Part shown: in pieces, positions 26,107 through 39,451 of the stretch | Layout: every line of letters begins with the position of its first letter | How positions within the stretch are numbered: the first letter of the stretch is position 1 | NCBI GenBank assembly: GCA_013239625.1 | Contig: MU054400.1 | Location: 5,025,802 to 5,089,801, forward strand | Source of the DNA: Lama guanicoe | Taxonomy: Eukaryota | Direction: 5' to 3' | DNA: 64,000 nt | Position numbers and translations under genes: made by a program | The notes under the pieces: generated by a model | Told to the model about the DNA's origin: nothing | The model's database searches: none | What the model saw: only the letters and a program-made list of their open reading frames with translations

Positions 26107-28599
26107 GTAGGTTATCTGGGCACTCCGCAGCCCCCTGCCCGTTCACCTTACACACGGGGAGGTGAACCTCTGCAAGGATGCGCCTCTTTACTCTGTGGCA
26201 TTATCCATCTGGCCTTAAATCCTTTGACCCACAGTGAAGCAGGTAAATTCCCAGGCATGCTGAACTCTGTTAATAGGATTACTTCCCTTAAGTCAGGATG
26301 AAAAGATTACTTTATTAAGTCCCTGAATTTCTGAGTTAGGAGACTGAAAGTCAGGCTTAATGATTAAGTCCTGAGCGTAGCTCTCCATTGCAGTCTCTAC
26401 TGGCGACTTCCAGTGCTGTAGATGCAAGTGATATGTGTCTTTGAGCAAATACTTTCTCCAGGTTCCTTCATATCCCCAGAGGGAGTAGATAGCCGCCAAG
26501 TTGGGCTGGTCTGCAGCCTGGCAAAGTGCTTCCAAATAAAGCCAGCTCTGCTTTGTGACTCTTCCTGTCCCTGTCTCTTGGCAGCCATGCCTCCCTGGAC
26601 TCTTTGTCAGATGTCATATAATGTGAACCCCCAAAGCAAGGGAAAGATCTGTTTCTGAGGAGTGCAGCAGTCAGTCCTGCTGAGTCCACACTTTCTTCTT
26701 TGGCTGTGATTCTGGATATTTGACACCAGGGAGACTCCTGGTTTTTTGTGTGGGGGGGAGGAATGGATGAGGCATTGATTTCAGGGGCTGTGTTTAGGCA
26801 GCCATTTGATCTTTCCTTTTGCCCTTACCCCAGCAGTTCAGGGTTTTTAGGATTTGAGAATTTTCAAATACAAACTTTATTGATTCCTCATTATTTTACT
26901 ATTTCTTTGTGCTAATGTACTGCAAATCAATATGATAATTACTGCAGAGCTTGGCTGAAGGAACGTTCATCTCTGTGAGCTTGTTTTGAGCACCTTCTTT
27001 TATAGCATTGGATTCCCTTAATGGAGGCGGTGGTCTCAGTAAATTACTTACATCTCTCCTCCAACCTACTTTCCAAAAAACCTTTTAGATTTTTTTTTTT
27101 TAACATCACTTCAACTTTGAGTCCTCATTATCCTGTTCCTTGCCTCTCATCTTACCTCCTGCTCTGGTCTCCCTCCCCGTTTGGAATGAGTTCACTTCCT
27201 GTCTTATTTCTGCTAGTCTGAGGCAGCCTTTGAGAAATTGGAGGGTTGGTGCAAATTTACATCAGTACAAAAGCATAGTGATTTATTTATAGAATGACTT
27301 ATTGGATATTCTTGGGAGACTACGAGGGAAGGAAACAGGTGTTCTTATTGTATTTTGAGATTTTTTTTCTGTGGAAATTATTAAAGATGGGCTTTTCAAT
27401 AAGATTTAACCATATACTGTCTCTGAGAACTTAACTAGGAAATTGTAGTTTTTATACTCCCAGATATTTCATTTTTGAATTAGAATAATAGGGAAGAAGA
27501 AACTATTGACAGTATTTAGAAGAAATACTCATTAATGGCCTCAAACATGGCTTTCTGCTAAGTGCTCACTGCAGAGAAAGACTGGACTTGTGAATTACAT
27601 TACATGGAAAGTATCGAGTAGAAATGAGTTATGAATGAATGCTGGTTTCCTTAAACTCAAAAGGCCTTTGGGCACATTTTACTCCTGCAAAGGTTGACTT
27701 GAATTTGCCTTTGATATCTTCTTTTCTGATAATTCAGTGAAGCGCATGATCACAGCAGGAGCTTAAACTGTATCCTCGGAAGTTTGTGACTGTGTGTTAG
27801 TAAATCCACGGCACTGCTGCAGTCTTACAAGGATAAAAAATGTTTTTTAAAAATCCTCGAAAGATGTTTTTTCTCCCTTTTTTTCTTTTTTCGGGGGAAC
27901 TTTATTATAGTCAAGATAATCTTCCATGAATGGCTACCAGATCTCTGTAAATTCTTCCACATGCTTAAGAATAACTCTAGGTGTATACTGGTAACTGTAA
28001 GAACTTTAAAATGCCCAAGGGTCCCTGATTGCTAGACATAGATAATTCCTTAGTGATATGAATAAATAGTAATCATCAGGGTTATAATACTTTATGAAAA
28101 GAATTGTGTGAAAATATAAAATTTCACAATTGTGTGAAAAAATGTAATGGGGTAGAGCTTATTTCTTCTAACGCATAGAGTCTACATTTATTAAAACTGA
28201 AATAGTTGTTACATTTTTACCCTTGAATGGCAGAATACCTACTATAAATTCTTGGTCTGGATGAGAAACTTTTATTCTCATTTTACAAGTAGGAAAATTG
28301 AATAAAGTTACTGAAAGCGCCTAGAAAAATCCATGTCTTAATTGTGAAAGGGAGCTATGTTTCTTACTTTTGATTTTTACCATGTCCCTTACTGTATGCA
28401 AAGATTTTAATATATTTTAAAAGAAAATGAATTATATTAGCTTTCAATACATTTCTATTTTTAAGCAGATCCTAGACAAATTGAAGAAAAGCTCTAAACT
28501 GGTACCTTTCTTTTCAAGTTCAGTCAGTGGCTTCCCCCCTTCCCACTTTCAACCTGCCCCTTATTAAGAGTAAAACTTATGTTATTTTGTTTGACAATA

Positions 28600-30055
28600 G
28601 AGAAATAACCACTTAAGAGGTCAGAGGATCCCAGAATGGAATACAAAATGTGACAAAACAATCCAACTATATTAAAAATGTATGAAAACCTCATAGAAGG
28701 GGAGTAGGGGTGGAAAGGTGCTAACTAAGTAACTTTGGAAATGAGTTAAATCTGTAGGACTAGAGGCAAAAGAAACTGTACATGAGTACTGTACTGTAGT
28801 TGATAAAGTTGTTTCCCATAGGGGTGTGGGTTGACAATTCTGGTACCACTATACATGTATACTGGAATGAAGCAATTTAGTACATGGACAGCAGGTGATG
28901 GGAGCCAGCTTTCTCACTATTGAAGTGGTAGATTACAGATAAGCAAGGGGAAGAGCCTAGAATGATCCATGTGGAAATGGATTAGGACTGGAGACATCAC
29001 TGTGAATTCATGTTTAGCATAATATGGATACAGATGGTTGCATATAGAAAGAATTATAAATCTGGGTGCTTGCAAGGTTAGCATACATATATGTATGTTT
29101 CCTTGTTTGTCAGCTGAGTGAGTTTGGAAGCAGTGAGTACACCCTAGTGCGCAAGATGAGCCTGGAGCATCTCTAGTGCCAGAATATAAGGAAATGCTCA
29201 AACAACAGCAACAAGAACCGGCAGTTGCCGGTGTGTGTCAAAGGTCAAGGAGCTGTCTGAAAGAACACCTAGTGGCCAAGGCTGAGCAACAAAATAAAGA
29301 AAACAGGTTTGGATGATAACCCAAGTATAAAATAAATATCCATGAGTCCATACTAATGCAAGAAAAATTGACTTAAATAAACAAATGGGGGAGAATGGCC
29401 AAAGCCATGGTGCAGAAGTTGTCCAAGTTTAATATAGATACTCCACCCTCAAGGAGGTAGAGCAAAACTCCTTGCTCCTTAAGTGTGGACTACACACATG
29501 ACTTCCTTCCCCAAAGAGGACAGAATGGAAAAGGGGAAAAAGAGTAAATTTTCATTGGAGTAACCTGACAAACATGACCACAGCAAGGAGATCAAAGCTA
29601 ACATTAACAGTGGATGAGTCACATTGGTTGTATGTAGCCTTGGTAATATGTGATGAAAATGGGATCTTTGAGATCTTCCTCCCCAAAACCCATAACCCCA
29701 ATCTAGCCAAGAGAAAAAACATCAGATAAATCAGACTTTCAACAAAGTATCTCTCAAGGTCAACATAAATAATGTCTTAAGAAACTTATAGTCAAGAGAA
29801 GCCTAAGGAGACATGATGATTAAAATTGAAGTAGTATCCTGGGATAGAAAAGGAACATTAGAGGAAAACCAAGGAAATCTGAGTAAAATCTGGACGTTAG
29901 TTAATAATAATGTATCATCTGTGACAAATATGACTTACTAATGTAAGTTGTTAATAGGGAAAACTGGGTGTGGGATATATGGTAACTCTCTGTGTATAAT
30001 CTTTGTACGTTTAAAAATGAATCTAAGACTGATAAAAAAATTCATTAAAAAAGTA
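28600..30055 (+). mobile_element. L1MC-type 3' UTR
   Basis: Contains ggtgctaactaagtaactttggaaatgag and gatgagcctggagcatct, and ends gggaaaactgggtgtgggatatatggtaactctctg followed by an A-rich tail. Confidence 0.7.
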
Positions 30056-30723
30056 AACATCAGACTTGAACAGAAATCATCTTTCCATTCTGAAATTCCC
30101 CTTTCGTAAGGGCTGTCATCCCACTGTTACCAAGTAGCAGTATTCTCTGGACAAGAACTGAAGATATATTTGCAGCTATAAAAGAATATTTCTTTCAATC
30201 ATTGTCAGTAGTTTCTCCTTCCTCATTATTATTCCAGTTCTAAAATGAAATATCTGGAAATACAAAAACTACATTTTTCTACTTTGGTTTAGCCATCGTG
30301 GGGCTGTGGCAACTCTTGAAACTAAATGCTCTTTCTTGCCTCCATCATTCAGATACTGGATTTCAGGTGACATTTTAAAATGATGACACAAACACATGGG
30401 TAACAATATGATACATACTTCTTGGGAAAAGCTGTTTACTTTTGGGTGGTGTGTGAGTGTGTGTGACCTTTAAAAATATTTTGATGAGAACTGGGACAGT
30501 CGAGAATGTGTAACAGTTTTCTTGCTAACCTAGAGAAAGGGGACTTAATGTCTTTTTGATTGTAGAGCTTAACATACTTTAAGGAAAAAAAAGATGGAAA
30601 TCCTTATTCAAAGTTTATATACTTTCTGCATTTTCCTGCATTTTTACATTCCACTGAATAAAATGTTATTTAAAACCAAAGCATTCTCTCTGGTAACCCA
30701 TTCCCATTGCCATTTGGATCTTT

Positions 30724-30860
30724 TTTTTTTTTTCTTTACTTTTTTTTGGAAGAGGGTGGTAATTAGGTTTGTTTGTTTGTTTAATGGAGGTACTGGGGAT
30801 TGAACCCAGGACCTCGTGCATGCTAGGCATTTACTCTACCACTGAGCTATACCCTCCCCA
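30724..30860 (-). mobile_element. tRNA-Ala-derived SINE (Vic-1-like)
   Basis: ggaggtactggggattgaacccaggacctcgtgcatgctaggc...actgagctataccctcccc with a poly-T tail. TGGATCTTT is duplicated at 30715-30723 and 30865-30873. Confidence 0.9.
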
Positions 30861-31754
30861 GTCCTGGATCTTTGTAATAGTTTTAGAACCAATCAAGTGG
30901 ACTAGGAGATCTTGCTTAAGCTGGTGACATCACTGAACATGAGTTGAATGGAGGGGAAATTCAGTTAAATATAGGAAATTTATTTTAAAAACTACAATTA
31001 TTTGGATCGTTGTTAAAGATAAGGAAACTGACTAGGAAAATACATTATAATTTAAGGTAATTTTAAAATTTAAAATTTCTTAAGTCACTCTGATGTTTCT
31101 TTGTTTTAGACAAAGCCAGAATGAAGTTGGCAAAATACTAAAGGAATGATTTTTTTAAATTATATTTATTGTTCAGCTGTTGGACCAAGGAAGGTAGACT
31201 TTCGGAGTATTTTCAGTTTGACATCAAAACCAGATGTTAAAACATGTTCTCTTCGCCCACCCCTGCCAGTAAAATAGTGTCATTGTTTTATATCTTACTA
31301 TAAAGTTTTAAAATTAAGAGAATGGACAGAAGAGCTTTCAGAAGAGATTTCAGGTCTAAAAGGAACATTTCTATAATAAATTCCGTCTCCCCCTCCCCCA
31401 CCCTACTTGCTTTCAAAAACCAATATAATATTCATGACAACTGAAAAAGAAATACATGTTAATTCTATAATATCGTTTTGGAGCTGCGAAGGAGGATTTC
31501 ATAATCCCGAACTTGAACATGTGTGTTCTTTTTTCGCTGCTTTCTCCCCTTGCTGCACATACTAGATTGTCTCAATCTCTCAGAATCCCCATTGAGTCAT
31601 AGGAGAAAAGACAATGATGGACTGTCGTAATTTAAACAAGTGGCCAAAATGACCAATCAGACAACAACAAAAGCCCATGAATAACCAGACATCAATAGAA
31701 AATAACAAATCAAAATGACCTATAACCAGCATGATGTGTTGAAAAGAACCTAGG

Positions 31755-31890
31755 AGGTTGAGCCAAGAGACTAGGGTCCTCATCAGAGCTGTGCTGCCAA
31801 CGAGCTGTGTGACTTCAAATAAGTCATTTTACATCTCCAGAGCTTAATTTCCTCATGTGTGAAATGAAAATGTTCCATGAGAGGCTCTCC
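31755..31890 (+). mobile_element. MIR SINE
   Basis: MIR core gctgtgtgacttcaaataagtcattttacatctccagagcttaatttcctcatgtgtgaaatg. Confidence 0.7.
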
Positions 31891-32817
31891 AAATGTTTTC
31901 CACACATAAAATCCTATACTCACAGGAGACTTCCAGGTTAGAAATACTGTTTTTGCCTTTACAAAGAGCTTACTCGTTTTGTACCCAAAGCACCTCTGTT
32001 GAAGAAGAGGTGAATTTCTGGCTCAAAGCCACTTTCAGTCCAGTCCGTTTTGATTGTACACAAAATCTATCCAAGTCAGAGCATCATTCTCCTTAGACGT
32101 GCCATACGTGTTCATTATGATTGAGGAGTCCTGGTTTTGGTAATTGTGCCATGAAGAAGGATGATAATAAAGGGGTGTGTGTGTGTGTGTGGGTATGTGT
32201 AGGGGGAAAGAGTCGTGGTTGACACTTCCTGCTTCAGTAGTCTGGCCCTTGGTGCTTGTGGCATAAGTTAGCGAGAGGGTTGCTTACCTACAATGGAGAC
32301 CGTAACTTAGGTTTAATGAGAACATGGAGTCATAAAAAAACCTGGGTGCAGGAAGGAGGAGAGATGGGAAGGAATTAGAGGAGGTCTGAAGACTTTGGAA
32401 CTCTGGGAAGCTTATAAAATAAGCTGACTGACCTACGGAACTGTGACATCTGTGGCTGCTTGGCCTCCAGTGACCAGATCAGTGCCTCGATGTGGCGAAC
32501 ACCCCGCCAGGCCACATTCACAGCAGCTGCGGGCCCGCCCCCTCTTACCTGCCTCTGTTGAAGCAGCCCTCTCTCCGGTCGTTGGACTGTGATAAGCATG
32601 TCTCTGAGAATGGGTGATTTTTATGAAAAGTAGTAAAACTTGAAACCTTTTTTTAAACTAAAAATAAGCCCCTTTCACTCCGACTGCAAAAAGACAAAGG
32701 CATATAGTAGTCAGCTGAAAAGAAAGAAAAATACATGGTTTGAATCAGCTCCCTACAAATTTTCCTTTATAGTTGGCTCCTGCTTAAGAAGCCGAGTGAG
32801 CACGGTGGCTCAGCTGA

Positions 32818-33686
32818 CGTCTTGGTCTGTTCAGGCCGCTATACGAAAATACCACAGACTGAATGGCTTATAAACAACAGAAATTTATTTCTCACAGTTC
32901 CGGAGGCTAGAAGTCTGAGGTCGCGGTGCCAGCATGGTCAGGTTCTGGCAGAGGCCCTCCTGTGTTGCAGACTGCCGGCTTCTGGCTGTGTTCACACATG
33001 GTGGAAGGGCTCGGAAGCTGTCGGCCTCGTTTACAAGGGCATTAATCTTATTCGTGAAGGCTCTGCCCTCATGACCTAAGTACCTCCCAAAGACTCCACC
33101 TCTTAATACTGTTACCGAGTCCAAACTCGTTCTGCTCGCCGCACGACAGGCCAATAAATCGGGAGACGAGGTGTTGAGCAAGGAATAGCAACTTTATTCG
33201 GAAAGCTGGCAGACCGAGAGGATGGCAGACTAAATGTCTTGGAGAACCATCCTCCTCAAGTTAGAATTCAGGCTCCTTTTATATTAAAAGGGGGAGGGGG
33301 TGTGGTTGGTTGTTGCCAACTTCTTGGTGTAGGAATTCTTTGTTCTTGTAGCTGTCAGGTCATAGTGCCCCCGTAAAACCTCCAACAAAACAAATGTCAC
33401 CCTCCATTCTGCAACTTGTCATCTCCATACCAGTGCAAAAGTGCCAAGATCCCTGAAGTTCAGAGCCCCGAGAACAGGCTCTCCTGTATATCTCAGGCTA
33501 AAGGCAAAACTCTTTTACAAAAGGCACAGAGCCACCAAGACTAAGCCTAGAATACAGGGCACAGGGTTAAAGCCAAAGAAACAGATCTAATACGGAGTCA
33601 CATTTGTTCTTTTCTGTTACAATACCATCACACAGGCATTAGGATTTCAACGTATGAATTTGGAGGGACACATTCAGACCCTAGCA
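32818..33686 (-). mobile_element. MaLR LTR (MLT1A-like), split by an ERV LTR
   Basis: accacagactgaatggcttataaacaacagaaatttatttctcacagttccggaggct...cacctcttaatac // catcacacaggcattaggatttcaacgtatgaatttggagggacacattcagaccctagca. Confidence 0.88.
33110..33621 (-). mobile_element. ERV1-type solo LTR (512 bp)
   Basis: TG...CA termini with a 4-bp TSD ATAC (33106-33109 / 33622-33625). The minus strand has a TATA-like TATAAAA (~33280) and AATAAA (~33195). Confidence 0.85.
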
Positions 33687-36001
33687 GCATAGTGTATCTC
33701 ATCCTTGGCTGACTACTCCATGAACACACAAACATGGAACAAGAAGCTAACGTAACTGTCGTTCTGACAGGTTCTTCCTCAATTTAGAAGTTCTTTAATG
33801 GCAGCAAGCCATGGGCCTGCCTCTCCCTTGCTGTCTTACCCTGTTTCCTTTCTGGTTTTCAGTGGCCTCCTCCCATTCCCATTCCTGCGCAGTTAATCTG
33901 GGCTCGCCAATGAGTCTCCCATGTGGGTGGGTGTCCCAGGGCGTGTGGGGCAAGCCCTGGTGTGAGAGCATTTTCCTTTGTGTGTTGGAAGGAATTATTC
34001 AGTCTGGAAATAAGTTATAAACATCAGAGAATTGCAGGCTGGCGCCTAAGCATCTATCCCATCAGCATCTGAGCAACATGGCTGAGGTGCAAGGCTGTGC
34101 GTGTTGAATAAACACAGCTGCATTTGTTTCAGTGATTACACATCCAGATAACTGCAGAGCGTGTTTATAAATGCACACAGATTTCCCTCCCCATCTTGGG
34201 ACCAGGGGGAATGTGTGCATGTTAGGAGTCACCACTTAGAGAGTATGATTTTCAAGACTCCGTGAGCACCTCCTGTTCACCCATTCTCCGCTTTCTGTCA
34301 GCTGCCCCAGATTCCACCGCCAGACCTTTATCCAGGTGTTAAAGCTTTCATCCCTGTTAAAAGGTAGTTACTTAACTTTAAATCGTGTTAGACACTTGCA
34401 CCGTGACATGTTACACACATAAGGATCTCGGATTGTAAAAGCTCAAAAGGCCATTGGCCATAAAGTCCCTGGCACTTGGTTTGGGTGTGGTGGGGAGGGT
34501 GGAATGAAGCTGCTGCTGAGAAAGAAGAAAAGGCCAAGAAAGGAGTAGGCTCGGAGCAAAAAGAGAATCTGCATTTTCAAGAAAATTTGCCTGGGATTGT
34601 TTTCCTATTTATGAAAACATTCCAGTAAGAAAGTGATTGTGTCTCATAGCAGACATGGGTGTATTTCTGGGTGTGCCTCTTATTATTTATTTATTTAATT
34701 TTTTATGTTTGAATAAAATAAATTTTTTACTTTTGGACATTTCCTTGGAGTCCTTGTCCATAGGCAAGTATTTTGTGAAGTGTGAGTTTAATGGTAATAA
34801 TCAGGTTTCACTTGGTAATCATACTGCTCATTTTGCCAGCATTTACTGAGTCTCTGATACGTGCACAGCATCAACTAAGATGAAGAGAAATGCGTTACAT
34901 CTCCGCGTAATTCCACTTAAGCAGGAAGAAAGATACAGAGGCAAACCACGTGTGTGTCTTTTGGCAACTCTTGTTGATGTGTTTTTCACTTGATCGTTTC
35001 TCTGGTGCTAGATTCAAAGCTTAACCTCCTTGGAATATTTTATTTGCATAGAATTCCAGTTGACTTGGCTCTATTAGACATTCTTTTTTTTTTAACACCT
35101 GTATTGTGGTGTGATTCCTGTACAGTAAACTACACATATTTCAGATGTACAATTTGATGAATTCCGATTGATATATACACCCATGAAACCACCACCACAG
35201 TCAAGACAGCTAGCATTTCCAACACTCCCCAAGAGATGCGAATTTCAAATTCCCGACTTACCTCTTCCCACACCCTTTTTAGGCAGATGGCTTATCTCTA
35301 CTTTCAGAGTTACAGCTGGAGACCAAGCGGAAAGCTAGAAAGAAAATACATAGACTTTAGCAGAAAGGAGGCCCCAGCCGGGTAAAGAGAAGGGGAGAAA
35401 AAGAGACTCGTGGGGACAGTGGGGAGGGTGGAGGTGAGAGCTTTCTAGGGGCCTGACCAGGTAACTGATCCCCTTGGTGAGAGACTTCAGGTGTCGAGGC
35501 AGAAAGAGCCTTTGAGAGGATGATGGGGGATCATGACCAAACTCTAGAACAAAATACCTAGAACTAGACTATTTGGAGTGGGAAATAATAGAGAATTGGG
35601 GAGGAAATGATGGTGACAACATGCTTTTTCCTTAGTGGAAGGTTTCCCTCCTCACCTCCCTATTTGTGTGTGGTACTCAGACTCAGATCTGCTTACAGCA
35701 TCAATACTTACCACATAAAATCATCATTTTAAAATTTTCAAGGCTAGGTCTGATTTCAGACACTCAGTCCCATTGTTGGACACCATACTGTCTGTGGGTA
35801 GGAAGTCGAGGTCTCTGTGTCCATACAAGTGTCCTCGGCCATATGGTAAGTAAAGCCCTTTATATGCAAATCAAACAGGTAGCAACTCTCCTTCTCTTCA
35901 AGGTCCCTCACTGTGACCTTGCTAGCCATCCCAAATTTCTTCTCGTAGTTAATAGCTTCATGATCCGTCTTATCACTTGAGCCAAAAACCTGAGAAAATT
36001 C

Positions 36002-36538
36002 TGTTATTTATCTATTGCTTCATAACAAATTACCCCCAAACTTAACAGCTTAAAAAAACAAAACTTATTATCTCACACAGTTCCTGAGGGTCAGGAATCC
36101 GGGAGCAGCTTAACTGGGTTGTTCTTGCTCGGGATCTCTTACAGCCTTGCAGGCAACTGTCTGCCGGGGCCACAAGCATCTCAAGGCTTGGCTGGAGCCA
36201 GAAGATCTTCTTTCAAAGTCACATGCAAGGCTGTTGACAGGCCACAAGTCCTCACTGACCAGAGGCCTCCATTCCTACCACGTGGGCTCCTCCATAGGCT
36301 GCCTGAGTGTCCTCCTGACAGGGCAGCTGGACCCCCCCCAGAGCAACTGACAAGGCAGAGAGAGAGAGGAGAACCCCTAAAATGAAAGCCACAGATTTTT
36401 CAATAATCTCATCTCAGAAGTGACTTATCCTATTGGTCACACAGACCAACCATGATGCAGTGTGGGAGGGGACTACACCGGGGTGTCAATACCAGGGTCG
36501 GGGGTCGTTGGGGTCCATCTTGCAAGCTGGCTGACCCA
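36002..36538 (-). mobile_element. MaLR LTR (MLT1F-like)
   Basis: tgttatttatctattgcttcataacaaattacccccaaacttaacagcttaaa...ggtcaggaatccgggagcagctt...ccatcttgcaagctggctgaccca. Confidence 0.8.
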
Positions 36539-37759
36539 GTGAGGTCTTCCTTTCCTTTTCCCTCTCCTTCAGCAGATCACTACATCCTTCTGATCCTTCC
36601 TCTGCAGTGTTTCTCACATATGACCTCACCTCAAATCTGACTGTTTCTCTTGGAAAAAGGTGTGGAGGCTGATGGAGGAAGCCTTGGGGACCACGTACCT
36701 AAGGGCACAGGTGGAATGGATAATAATATGCCCACGTGGCCTCAAACCCAACTTTACAGGGAGAAGGAGAGCAAACGTCTTGGCAAGCCAGTCTTTTGGG
36801 GAGGATTTGTTCCCTTTGCAGGGAAGGATGCCCTGCAACACCAGCGTCGTCCTAGGGAAATGAGGTGCTGCATGCAAAGGCAAGGGAGCACAGATACGTT
36901 CAGACATGGCCTAAGCACCCTAAGAATTAAGACCATAATGTGGGTCAGCTCCCCTTTGCAAGAGGCAAAGAAAGTCTTAGGAGATCTCTAGGCAAGGGCC
37001 TCCCACTTTCCTTTAAGCATCACAAATAGATTTAACTCCATAAATCTCCTTAGGTTTGAAGTAGATTCCTAGAGCTGATGAACTGAGAAAAATTATGAGT
37101 TCATCCGGCTCCAGTGAGAAAGAAAGCCTTGGTTCTCCACGCCTGCCATTGTCAGAGGAAGAGGAGTTACACCTGTCATTTGGCCAGTGGCAAAAAACTC
37201 TGTCTACACTGACGATACTTTTCTTCTGTGAACCCTTCCCTGAGATGGGCCTTTTGGGGGGGAAAAAAAAAGCAGGTGGGATTTTGAGAACTAGCCTGCC
37301 TTGACCTCACCTACCTGAGCTGCTAAAGCGTCACTCCCACCAGACACCCACCACCAGCAGCCCCCTGGGAGAAGGTGGCTTGAGGAGACCTCCTCTTTAG
37401 GTTCTCAAACCTGAGGCTGGACAGTTGACTAAGGTTAAGTCGGTTAACCAAGGATCCGAGGGGACCAGGGTGGGAGCACAACTCTCATTGAAATTGATGA
37501 GAGATTCTGGGCTGTCTATCGAAAATTTATCTTTATTCTTGGATCTATGATTCTGGAACACAGAATTATATGTTTATGGACCAGAACAAGCAATAGAAGT
37601 CACCTATCCTCATTTTGCATGGGACTCAGAAAGGTCAAAGGACTTTTCCAAAGCCATTTAATAAGTTGGTAACCCAGCCAGACTAATCTTGAATTTCTAA
37701 CCTATTTTACCCTGCCCCATGTCAAACCTCTGTGGTATCATAACCTAAATACTTCTAGG

Positions 37760-38250
37760 ATATACAGACTGCAGCTGCCTGTTTGCTCTAAGGTCCATTT
37801 TCTGCTCTGATTGTGATCATCTCTGAATGACAAGGAAAACTCATCTCCCGGGCTCCCTTGTCTTCCGGCCTCTTGCCAGGTTTGGCCAGTGCAAGGCACT
37901 GGTAGAACATTTGAGAGCAGGAGTTGGTGAGAAACCAGATGTTTCCTCTCCTCTCTCTGCTTCTTTTGGCATTTCCAGCAATGACTGAGTCTCCTCCAGT
38001 CCCAGCACCCATCGTGACTCTGGCTTCTGCCAAATGACCTCTGCTGCTGTAACCCTGTAACACCCAGTGACGCCAGCTCCTCCAAACCAAGTCACAGCTA
38101 CTTCCCACTGCAGCTGATCTCTGCCTGCCTCACTGTCCCGTCTGGTTCCTCAGCTCTTCAATTACTTAGGTAACCAATTCCCTGTATTAAATTACCATGT
38201 TTATTAAGACCTAGACTGGTTTCTCTTTTCCTTCCTAGACCCTGCTGATG
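37760..38250 (+). mobile_element. ERVL LTR (LTR33-like)
   Basis: ggtttggccagtgcaaggcactggtagaacatttgagagcaggag...accaattccctgtattaaatt...actggtttctcttttcct. Confidence 0.6.
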
Positions 38251-39284
38251 GAGTAAGGACCATCATTCTGTATCACTGCACATTGCAAGAACACAATAAA
38301 TGCTCAGTCATAACAATGTTAACTAAAAAGGAAAACCAGTTTATGCAAGAGAGGTTGTGCTCTGCTGTATTATTTACGCTGTAAATCAAGCTGATTAAAA
38401 CTATATCATATTTGTCATAACTCTTGAAAAGCAGAAAGTGGAGACATTTTCCTAAGATATCTTCCTGAGCATCAATCTGTGCCTTCTACTCTGTGGTGTC
38501 AAAAGAATAGCTTTCTTTGATCTCATAGATTTTTTTTTCCATCTCTGTTGGTGACTTAATCCTGGAAGGGATTGTTCTTGGTATGGGTGGGTTTGTATTT
38601 TTTTTTAACTATAGCAGAATGAGCCCTAACGTCATGCCATTGGCTTCCCACACTTGCTTTGGTAACAACTGTACACTTGGCCTCCCGTCAAGCCTAGTTG
38701 TTGTGACCTGCGGTCCTGTATATACGCCAACCCCTGTTCTTGGCCTTCACACAAGGATCCCCACAAGGGTTCCATTTGAGGTGGTGGTTTCCAAGATCAA
38801 GGGTATCTGCCTGCCAGCACTGGGTCTGAGACCACCAGCTTGTTTTTCCAAGCATTAATGTCTCAGCGATCTCTAAACCTGTTTCCTTTTTCAGAATATT
38901 TTCCAAAAGGTTTGTGAGAGTGTCTCTAAGACTTTTTTTCTTCTGAAGTCCTAAGGGCCTAAGGGGAGGGGCAAGGGTAATATAAATGTTAACTTGGCAG
39001 ACTAGTATTTAAAACTTTATTCAAAAAATATTTTCCCCCTTTTTAAAAAAAAGCAACTCTCTTTACATATTAGATTAATTTATTTGGGAGAAATTACCAC
39101 TTGACCATTCACATAGCCAGCCCTTGGCAGTTTCAGTTCAAGATGCTTTGAAACCAGTCAACTACAAAGCCTCAGATGTTTGCTCTTTAAAAGTTCAACT
39201 TAACCTTCACTACCATGGTGGTGAGAAAAGTGACAACTCATTTTAAGATTCTTGTCCTTTGTTTTCTTTGTCTTCCTTCTGCAG

Positions 39285-39451
39285 GCCATGTGTTTATACT
39301 ATGGGATCTCCCATAAACAACAGGGCCCTTTTTCCATGCCAGGAGCCACCCGTTGCCATGTCAACATGGCAGGCTACAGTTCGAGCAGCTGCATCTTTTG
39401 TTGTTTTAATGAGTGGAGAAAATTCTGCCAAGCCAACACAGCTTCGGGAAG
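39285..39451 (+). CDS. AOPEP: Aminopeptidase O, second coding exon (RPCVYTMGSPINNRALFPCQEPPVAMSTWQATVRAAASFVVLMSGENSAKPTQLRE)
   Basis: Polypyrimidine tract plus ctgcag| acceptor at 39284, and donor GAAG|gtactg. The exon is 167 nt. AG+G restores the Arg codon in frame. It contains the M1-family NRALFPC motif. Confidence 0.97.

Noticed and set aside
25331..26110. Stand-alone 259-aa protein
   Set aside because: The stop lies in the intron (AG|gtag), and the exon splices in frame to 39285.
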